Shown here piece after piece: positions 57,082-64,000 of a stretch of DNA of 64,000 bases; the stretch's first letter is position 1, and each line of letters opens with the position of its first letter. The stretch is from a virus: IMG/VR virus record IMGVR_UViG_3300018080_000014, positions 1 through 64,000 of that record; one strand, 5' to 3'. A model generated the notes under the pieces. That model did no database searches. It saw only the letters and a program-made list of their open reading frames with translations, and was not told the DNA's origin. The translations under genes and the position numbers were made by a program.

Positions 57082-58197
57082 ATGGAAACAACGCTCGTAG
57101 TTGTATCCAAATCCCGTGCCATGAACCGCACCTCCCGACGCACCGGCAGGCAATACAGTGTCAGGTATCTTACCTGCCAAAAACCAGACGACCCATGGAC
57201 GGCATACAGGCTCGCCATATATCCAAATGGAGACGTATGGCCACCCATATACACATACAGCCAGATAATCGTTCCCGTGCGGGAAACACGATCCGACCGG
57301 GTAAACGAGAAGTACGACATCAACTTGGATGGTGTGCCATTCAGGCATGCCTGCTGGGTGAATGGATTCAAGCAACACGAAATCCAGATAAAGGGATTCT
57401 ATACCACCACAAAAGCACTTGTGGTGCCACTTGAACGGTGCGAGATCCTCGCCGATCACCTCGAGGCGCTCGACGGGACGGTGAGAATTCCTGCAGGGGA
57501 CTTTGGCCTCACGCACTTTCCTGCGATTACACGCCAAGTTGAATGGCATGGAGACATCATCATTTTTGCCGAGTTCGAGTGGCACCTACGCAACGTCTTC
57601 AACCAGGCAACACGCAGGAAGGAATTCCGAAAGGTTGAGCAATACAAGGAAGGAACGCTCATCATCTCCAAATCCCAGCTTGGCCTACTCCACCAAGTCA
57701 TCCAGACAGCACAGGACCAGAAAAAGCTGCAGGAAGTCATTGCCAAGATCCGATCCGAGCTCTCCAAGGGCACGTACATTAGCATCGAGCAAGTAGAAGA
57801 ATGGCTTACTCTTGCCGAGCTCTACGGCGAGGATCCAGAACGAATTCTCCGCTCCCAGTGCCTAAGGGGAGAATACGAGCCAATCTTTTTCGAGATGCTG
57901 CGGGATGAGCATGACCAGAACCACGACATCTATTTTGGATCACACGGATTCATATTCCATATTAACGGCAAGTGGGTGTGGGAAGAGCCAAAGTACGGGG
58001 CCGCTACTTACCTGTTTAGAGGAGATCATCTGGATGGTCGAACACTTTCAGTAGCACTGTCCAATCTCAGCAGGACCGATTTGCTCGGGAGCGACGAGCT
58101 GCAAACGGTCACCGGGTTCCTGAACCGCGTTATCCATCCAAAAGATGCAAGCGTAGAACGGTATCTCGACCGTTGGATGAGCGAGGTGTGTGGCTAG
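57082..58197 (+). CDS. hypothetical protein
   Basis: 371 aa; conserved-looking C-terminus WEEPKYGAATYLF..RVIH..W. Confidence 0.75.
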   Translation: METTLVVVSKSRAMNRTSRRTGRQYSVRYLTCQKPDDPWTAYRLAIYPNGDVWPPIYTYSQIIVPVRETRSDRVNEKYDINLDGVPFRHACWVNGFKQHEIQIKGFYTTTKALVVPLERCEILADHLEALDGTVRIPAGDFGLTHFPAITRQVEWHGDIIIFAEFEWHLRNVFNQATRRKEFRKVEQYKEGTLIISKSQLGLLHQVIQTAQDQKKLQEVIAKIRSELSKGTYISIEQVEEWLTLAELYGEDPERILRSQCLRGEYEPIFFEMLRDEHDQNHDIYFGSHGFIFHINGKWVWEEPKYGAATYLFRGDHLDGRTLSVALSNLSRTDLLGSDELQTVTGFLNRVIHPKDASVERYLDRWMSEVCG

Positions 58198-58281
58198 GAA
58201 ATACCTACATTTAAATAGGTGTTTTACCTAGTCAAGCTTAGTGCAAAGCGGCACTCGTTATACCAAAGCAACCGAGGCAAA

Positions 58282-58689
58282 ATGAAAATGGCAGTAAACG
58301 TAGGAGAGTTGGTAACCGAATTAAAGGTTGCCAAAGATGTTAAATCAAAAAACAAGTACCTCCAGTTCCCGGACGTGGAGACGTACAACCAGTTCGTGGA
58401 CATCGTGAAGGAAGCTGAAGAGACCTCCAAACTCGCGGAGGAATTCGCATCCGGCGGAGAAGATGCCGAGACCTTCAACGCAAACTTGGACAAGTTGATT
58501 ACCGTGTCCAAGAAAACGATGGAAGCAGCCAAGGACGACAGCACCAAGGAGTTCATGGCATCAGAAATCGAACGGTTGGAGAAAAAGCGGAAAGGCCAAC
58601 GCAAGTTGACCCTGTCCTTTCTGCTCAAATGGCTGTTTATCACCAATCAATACAAGGAAATCCAAGAGTTAGGAGAACGGATTTCCTAA
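58282..58689 (+). CDS. coiled-coil hypothetical protein
   Basis: TTTAAATA upstream (58210), GAGG RBS, oligo-T after the stop. Confidence 0.65.
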   Translation: MKMAVNVGELVTELKVAKDVKSKNKYLQFPDVETYNQFVDIVKEAEETSKLAEEFASGGEDAETFNANLDKLITVSKKTMEAAKDDSTKEFMASEIERLEKKRKGQRKLTLSFLLKWLFITNQYKEIQELGERIS

Positions 58690-58730
58690 TCCTTTCTTTT
58701 TTTTCCCTTTTCCAGTTGGCCACGGGAGGA

Positions 58731-58750
58731 CCAACGTAAAGTTTAAATAC
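58731..58750 (+). promoter_or_regulatory. early BRE-TATA promoter
   Basis: CCAACGTAAAGTTTAAATAC. Confidence 0.75.
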
Positions 58751-58800
58751 GTTGATTCATTTTGGATCCATGTAGCCTAGCTACGGGAGATTTTTCAAAG

Positions 58801-60768
58801 ATGGAACTTAAAACGCAAATGGCCATGAACCTCGAAGGGTACATGGCACATCTCAAAAAGGAGTTGGCCAATCTACCAGCAGAGCTGGTCAAGAATGGCC
58901 TTGAAGTACCCGACTCTACCACCATAAAAGTGTGGCTCGATGAAACCATGCTCACGGTGGAAAATGACGGGTCTCCGATTGGAAGTGTTGATGACTTCCA
59001 GAAGTATATCCTGACTTGTTTTGAAACCTCCAAATCCGAGCAGAACTACGGCAAGGGTTTCACCGCCATTCTCATGGAAGAGGAAACAGACGTGTATACA
59101 GGCTGTATACATGCCACAATCCGAGCGTGGAATGACATTACTATTCGCACGGACTCCGAATTCCAGCAAGGAATGCGTGTCGTTGTCCACCTGAAACCAG
59201 ACAGCCAAGTGCTCATGGAAGGGAGCGCAAAACTCTTTCTCCATCTCTCCGATTATATCACCAGAAAGACCATCATCTTCAACGATAGGCCAGTAGAACT
59301 GGAAGAACTAAGCGGTTCATTCGAGCCATTTCTTCGTGACTGGTCCAAGAGCATCCTTTATTATGATACCTCCATCTTGGGCAGTATTGACTCGTTTGGC
59401 CACTATTTCATGCTATCAACTGGCGATCTGGCACCAATACAGCTCGACAACGTGCCGAGGTTCGTCGGGGTCATCATCTCCGACGTGAAGCACGTTGACA
59501 CCGAGCGCACCAAGCTGGTCCACGCAAGCAGGCATTACCTCGAAAGGTGGGCCGACACGAAGCTCCAAGACAAGTACAAGGAGCAGAACGTGACAGCCGA
59601 GGTGGTTGCGTGGCTCCGCGAGTGGGCTGACTGGTGCGAGGAATTCGTGTACAAGATTTCTGGAGAGCGGTTCTCGTTTTTCCGCAACGATGATGGTGTG
59701 AAAATGGGAGATTTGCGGGTGCTTGAAAAATGGATAGAATACCTGAACAAGGTGTCCAACCAAGCGAAGATGAAGCCATTCACCACGCCACGGCCCGAGA
59801 TGGATGAGAATCATGAAGAGATGGTGAAAATCTCGAAGAGTGGAATGGTAACCGATTATCTCATGCGTGAGATTGGTGAATGGTTTTTCAATCCAATACT
59901 GCACCACCCTTTTGGGCGGATAAAGATAGGCGTGTGTGTTATTGGTGGAGAAGTGGATAGAAATGGATTCATCGATGACGTGGTATTGTACAAGATGATC
60001 CACACGATTGATTCTGGAGTATTCTGGGAAAACGTGAACGAACGGTTTCCACCAGTGGTCGCCTATTACGTGGATCCTGGTCCAATCATATACGCGGATA
60101 CACTTGACGTGAGAACCGTCATGAAGGAAACGGAGAGCAAGGTATCGATAGAAAGGCCTCCAGAAGACAAGAAGATCGAGGCGCCGAAAGAGAAAAAAGT
60201 GGAATTAATCGCGGAGAAAGCATCACCAGAACAGATGAAAACCGCCATAAAAACCATGTGTAGGAATCGGAAAAGTAAGATGGACGAGGAAGATGAATAT
60301 GAAAACCCGATTGGCAAGCCTGTGGAAGGTAGACCAGATTACACGTTTGTCGAGCACAAGGGCATATGGTGCATCGTGCATCATTCCGTGACTGACTTGG
60401 AGAAGGTGAAGTTCACGCGGAGCGTACAGATGGAGAAGTGGAAGGCGTGGACAAATACCATCTCGCTCATCCTGCAATATACTGGAGATTTCTTCTGCGA
60501 GGCGTGTGTTCCAGTGCTGTTCATCAGCAAGAAAAATACCGCATTGGCTCGCCATGTTGGTCCATATGTTGCGCTTAACCGCGTGAAAACATCTCTGCCA
60601 GATACGAAATACCGCAGGGCAATATATTTGCTCTCGCTTGCCATCCATGAGCTGACGCATTTCCGTGTCAAGAATCACGGAACGGCATTCACGCAAATAT
60701 CGGAAGATATGTTTCTCGAACTGGTAAAGCACCCGACGTTCCTATCGGAACTCGTGAAGGTGATATAA
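58801..60768 (+). CDS. GHKL (Hsp90/MutL-type) ATPase fused to a C-terminal HExxH zincin domain
   Basis: ELVKNGLE, VENDGSPI, SK..NYGKGF, GMRV; C-terminal AIHELTH..HG..F. Confidence 0.75.
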   Translation: MELKTQMAMNLEGYMAHLKKELANLPAELVKNGLEVPDSTTIKVWLDETMLTVENDGSPIGSVDDFQKYILTCFETSKSEQNYGKGFTAILMEEETDVYTGCIHATIRAWNDITIRTDSEFQQGMRVVVHLKPDSQVLMEGSAKLFLHLSDYITRKTIIFNDRPVELEELSGSFEPFLRDWSKSILYYDTSILGSIDSFGHYFMLSTGDLAPIQLDNVPRFVGVIISDVKHVDTERTKLVHASRHYLERWADTKLQDKYKEQNVTAEVVAWLREWADWCEEFVYKISGERFSFFRNDDGVKMGDLRVLEKWIEYLNKVSNQAKMKPFTTPRPEMDENHEEMVKISKSGMVTDYLMREIGEWFFNPILHHPFGRIKIGVCVIGGEVDRNGFIDDVVLYKMIHTIDSGVFWENVNERFPPVVAYYVDPGPIIYADTLDVRTVMKETESKVSIERPPEDKKIEAPKEKKVELIAEKASPEQMKTAIKTMCRNRKSKMDEEDEYENPIGKPVEGRPDYTFVEHKGIWCIVHHSVTDLEKVKFTRSVQMEKWKAWTNTISLILQYTGDFFCEACVPVLFISKKNTALARHVGPYVALNRVKTSLPDTKYRRAIYLLSLAIHELTHFRVKNHGTAFTQISEDMFLELVKHPTFLSELVKVI

Positions 60769-60789
60769 ATGCAAAAGGAGGTGAAATGA

Positions 60790-60951
60790 ATGGTAATGGT
60801 AAACAAGGATTTATCCATATGCATTGATTGTGTCAAGTGGAACGTGTGCTCGCTTGTTGTGGCACTTGAAAGGATGGAACCAAACATTCCAGAAATAGAA
60901 TGCTCGATCAGAGTGGAAGAATGTGTTGAACATCACCCTGAGGACAAGTAG
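60790..60951 (+). CDS. Cys-rich microprotein
   Basis: GGAGGTGA RBS; CIDC..C..C..C. Confidence 0.5.
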   Translation: MVMVNKDLSICIDCVKWNVCSLVVALERMEPNIPEIECSIRVEECVEHHPEDK

Positions 60952-61083
60952 TCCTCTTTTTTGCCCGAAACCATCATGGCGCCAATACACCCTTTCCAAA
61001 TTTAAATCTCCCCTTTATTTTGCGACCATGGTGGCGGGAAGCAGGCATTCCACCAAGAGTGGAACCGATTCGACGGTAACATT

Positions 61084-61172
61084 CCTAACTACTTAGGAGA
61101 TTAATTGCAGGAAGCTCCATTATATATATTATTTATTATTGGAGTTTCCTCCGCTTCTCCTAACCGATTAGG
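61084..61172. other. symmetric AT-core element, replication origin candidate
   Basis: CCTAA-N4-TTAGG boxes at 61084 and 61159 flank an inverted repeat enclosing a 20-bp pure A/T core. Confidence 0.5.
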
Positions 61173-61207
61173 AGTTTTACTGTCAGACCAACCAAGTGAT
61201 ACCAAAC

Positions 61208-61570
61208 ATGAACCTGAAAAAACACATCCAGACCCTCACCGCCTTGGCTCTGGATAAATGGAATGAACTGGATAGCGAGATAAACGATACATGCGCCTTC
61301 TGCGACGATGCCGTTGACAGGAAAGGATGCATGCGCCAGAAATGTCAAGTGTGCCTGTGCCCACCATGTTTATGTGACATGGGTGCCAGGAAATGGCCAT
61401 CCGCTGTGAATTTTTTCCTCGATAATGGTTGCATCTACGTGGATGATGCGATGGATAAATTCCCGCTGGTGATGCAGGCATTCCGAGACATTCTCCAGAG
61501 TCTCGTGGAACATGGCGACGTGGGTGACATTCTCGTTGAAAAGATGGAGGACCTCCTGAATGAAACTTAA
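61208..61570 (+). CDS. Cys-rich hypothetical protein
   Basis: CAFC..CQVCLCPPCLC. Confidence 0.6.
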   Translation: MNLKKHIQTLTALALDKWNELDSEINDTCAFCDDAVDRKGCMRQKCQVCLCPPCLCDMGARKWPSAVNFFLDNGCIYVDDAMDKFPLVMQAFRDILQSLVEHGDVGDILVEKMEDLLNET

Positions 61571-61766
61571 CTGGAAGCAAGAAATCTGCTCCGAGTGCGA
61601 AATGTTAGAAGGTTGCGACGAGTTCGGTGGCAATGATTATTATTGCTGCGCCATGGACGTGCTGGAGCGCATCAAGAAACGCCTCGGCGAGAGCCTGCCA
61701 CCGACAATGGACATGGACACGTACACCAAGATCCGCCGCGATATATTGAACATGATTGGTGATTAA
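61560..61766 (+). CDS. Cys-rich microprotein
   Basis: ICSECE..CD..CC. Confidence 0.6.
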   Translation: MKLNWKQEICSECEMLEGCDEFGGNDYYCCAMDVLERIKKRLGESLPPTMDMDTYTKIRRDILNMIGD

Positions 61767-61769
61767 ACG

Positions 61770-61940
61770 ATGGACAAAAACAACATATGCTCCAGATGCG
61801 AGCTGGAATTGGAATGCGATCGCCTGAACGTTGAATGCATCGCAATCCATCTTCTCGATGACATGTGCGAACCAAGCATCGAGGATGCCATCAGTTCCCT
61901 TTCCCGCATCAAGGAAGCCATGGAAAAAGGTAGATGGTAA
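61770..61940 (+). CDS. Cys-rich microprotein, possible paralog of 61560..61766
   Basis: Manually read MDKNNICSRCE..CD..C; GGTGA RBS. Confidence 0.55.
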   Translation: MDKNNICSRCELELECDRLNVECIAIHLLDDMCEPSIEDAISSLSRIKEAMEKGRW

Positions 61941-62812
61941 TGACACTGGCAGTAATAGGATTGGATGGATTTGACATGACATTCGACCACAGGTTTCTCA
62001 CGGTCATGCCATTTGTCAAATCCTACATAGACAAGTGGTGGACGGAAATCCGATGTGATACAGCACCACATTCCGCTCCATCATGGTTCACCATTTTCAC
62101 CGGCGTCCCGCAATATTTGTGGCCACTTGATGGTAAAGTGTCGGCGGTTGTAGACGTGGATAATGAGTACCATAATGTCCACGGGTTCTACCAATTCTCG
62201 GAAGGTGAGAACTGGGCCACCGAAAAACGCGAAGGCGATAAGCCGTGGAACCCGAAGACCATACAGGAGGAAGCCGACCGTGTTGGTGGTTTCGTGTGGC
62301 AAAAACACGATGGCATCGCCCAAGGGGTGATGTGTATACAGCCGCACTATAGCTACCGGTGCGTGAGAGACAAGCGGGCATATTACGATGGCAAGTATGA
62401 TTCTGCTGAAAAGGCCAAGGAGTACCTGGATAATTTCATGGCCACCTTCGATAGAACCATTTCCCTCTCAGGCGTACCGGAATTATGGTGTGGCGTGTTC
62501 CAGATTGTCGATCAGGTGCATCATCACTACAACAGCATGCCGTTCTACGAGCACTCGGTAACCATGCGAGAGGTGGATAGATGCGTGCGACAGATTGCCG
62601 AACATTTTGATGACGTGATCCTGCTTTCCGACCACGGTGTACCGGATGAACCAATAGAATATACATGGGCGAGGATACGGCTCCACTCGCACCGACCACG
62701 AGCTTTCATCACGCATAATGGAGCGCGTGATCAAATAAATGGCACGTTGGACATAGTACCACTCATAGATGGATTGCTTGATTCTGGAAGCGAAGCTAGC
62801 GATCCAAGCTAG
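61940..62812 (+). CDS. alkaline phosphatase superfamily (nucleotide pyrophosphatase/phosphodiesterase-like) protein
   Basis: VIGLDG, PHSAPSWFTIFTG, DQVHH, ILLSDHG, late His. Confidence 0.85.
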   Translation: MTLAVIGLDGFDMTFDHRFLTVMPFVKSYIDKWWTEIRCDTAPHSAPSWFTIFTGVPQYLWPLDGKVSAVVDVDNEYHNVHGFYQFSEGENWATEKREGDKPWNPKTIQEEADRVGGFVWQKHDGIAQGVMCIQPHYSYRCVRDKRAYYDGKYDSAEKAKEYLDNFMATFDRTISLSGVPELWCGVFQIVDQVHHHYNSMPFYEHSVTMREVDRCVRQIAEHFDDVILLSDHGVPDEPIEYTWARIRLHSHRPRAFITHNGARDQINGTLDIVPLIDGLLDSGSEASDPS

Positions 62813-63644
62813 AACCTCCGTCACGAGCAACCTCGCGGAGGCCTTGGCATTATTGGTTGCCAGCTCACGCTACGATTTCTCCATATGTGGCGTGAAATCC
62901 AACCTATATGTTCTTATTGTTGGAGACAGTTCCATAACACACAAGAGCACTGCCACGAGATACGCATTGAGCATGTGCTCGAACGTCAATCCAATTGGAA
63001 CTGCCGCCGACTTCAGGAAACAAATGACCGAAAGGAGATTGGAATACTACGTGTCGAAGAAAATAATGCTCCATGATGACGAGTTTGCGATGACCATGAA
63101 GAACATGCGATCTGGATCGCAGGGATACAAGATCATGAAGGACCTGCTCAATTCCGCATACGATGGAGTGGTAAAGTTTCCCGGCAATAACAGGCTGCGT
63201 CCAAAGACCGTGATGGACGTGAAAGTTGGATTTGTCGGGTCCACGACAATTGAGCATTTCAAGCGGCAGGCAGATCCTGTATTCCTCGAAGGTGGCCTGA
63301 TGAAGCGAATGTTGGTAGTGATACCAGGCAAGGCCAGATACAGGTCAAGACGCCATTGTGTCCAAGATTCTACACCACAATTTCGCATGGAGCGGCGTGG
63401 TAAAATGGACATGGACAACGAAGCATGGGAAGAGCACGACGCATTCATGGAAAATGTATACAACACAATGGATAGTTCCATGGCAGGTATATGGGCACGT
63501 GCCGAATCACAAATCTTCAAGATTGGAGCATTGCATGCTATCGATACGGGAAAGCAGGAAGTAGATCTCAGAAGCTGGACATATGCCAAGAACGTGGTAA
63601 ATGAATCCGTGACGGCACATGCCGTCTTGAAGCAATTAGTCTGA
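62769..63644 (+). CDS. DUF3987-like AAA+ ATPase/helicase domain protein
   Basis: NLYVLIVGDSSITHKSTA, DDEF, LNSAYDG, GSTT, GGLMKRML. Confidence 0.7.
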   Translation: MDCLILEAKLAIQARTSVTSNLAEALALLVASSRYDFSICGVKSNLYVLIVGDSSITHKSTATRYALSMCSNVNPIGTAADFRKQMTERRLEYYVSKKIMLHDDEFAMTMKNMRSGSQGYKIMKDLLNSAYDGVVKFPGNNRLRPKTVMDVKVGFVGSTTIEHFKRQADPVFLEGGLMKRMLVVIPGKARYRSRRHCVQDSTPQFRMERRGKMDMDNEAWEEHDAFMENVYNTMDSSMAGIWARAESQIFKIGALHAIDTGKQEVDLRSWTYAKNVVNESVTAHAVLKQLV

Positions 63645-63707
63645 CATGCCATTTATTTTTTTATTTCCAACGAAAGATTTATAAATGATTGCACGATCCA
63701 CTAACCA

Positions 63708-63899
63708 GTGAAAAAAGTGAAATTTTACAGTCTTGGCAGGTGCGACGTGGACCAGCTCTGCGATGATTGCGGATGCAGGATCAACTCGCCAATGATAGTA
63801 AACCCGATTGCCGCTATTTGGAAAGATGATGATGGTGAACGGGTCTACTTGTGCGACTTCTGCCACAACATGCGCCAGGAGGAAAAATGGAATGCTTGA
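63708..63899 (+). CDS. Zn-finger microprotein
   Basis: CDDC..CDFC; CGAAAGATTTATAAAT promoter upstream. Confidence 0.6.
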   Translation: MKKVKFYSLGRCDVDQLCDDCGCRINSPMIVNPIAAIWKDDDGERVYLCDFCHNMRQEEKWNA

Positions 63900-64000
63900 C
63901 GTGATAGCATGGTGCCCGGAATGCAATTCTGATTCGTGGCACGACAAGATAAAAGAAGGAATAAAATGCCACTTCTGTGGCAGGTTAAACTACAACAAGA

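Noticed and set aside
1-64000. Assignment to a specific host lineage such as Asgard archaea
   Set aside because: Promoters and gene content support an anaerobic archaeon in general. A finer assignment needs spacer matches or phylogeny, which I cannot run.

Overview
This window looks like most of a lytic, myovirus-like (contractile-tail, HK97-fold) dsDNA virus. The host is probably an archaeon: there are repeated BRE+TATA promoters, oligo-T terminators, GGTGA/GAGGTG ribosome-binding sites, an ERCC4-type nuclease and a PriS-PriL-type primase. Layout: (1) 1-16.7 kb, + strand, replication and nucleotide/glycan metabolism (Cas4-like nuclease, fused primase, ERCC4 nuclease, Fe-S helicase, three glycosyltransferases, ThyX, RNase H, methyltransferase, class III RNR). 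(2) 16.7-48.1 kb, - strand, virion operon (terminase, portal, scaffold/protease, MCP, neck, sheath, tube, baseplate, beta-helix fibre, membrane proteins). (3) 48.1-50.7 kb, a compositionally distinct control region. (4) 50.8-64 kb, + strand, early genes (many Cys-rich microproteins, a GHKL ATPase-zincin fusion, an alkaline-phosphatase-superfamily enzyme, a DUF3987-like ATPase). The strongest signal is in region 3. A 1,466-bp island (48140-49605) has no CCA or TGG on either strand and carries two Trp-free genes. It is followed by eight phased CTTAT-N5-ATAAG palindromes and then a GCCGG/CCA-saturated block. This resembles a T5-like first-injected, defence-motif-free leader plus injection-stop signal, possibly evading a CCA-specific system such as Ssp phosphorothioation. 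Other notable elements are a tRNA minihelix mimic (56632-56671), a symmetric origin-like element (61084-61172) and a probable AUU start for baseplate J. All product calls come from motif reading, not database searches.
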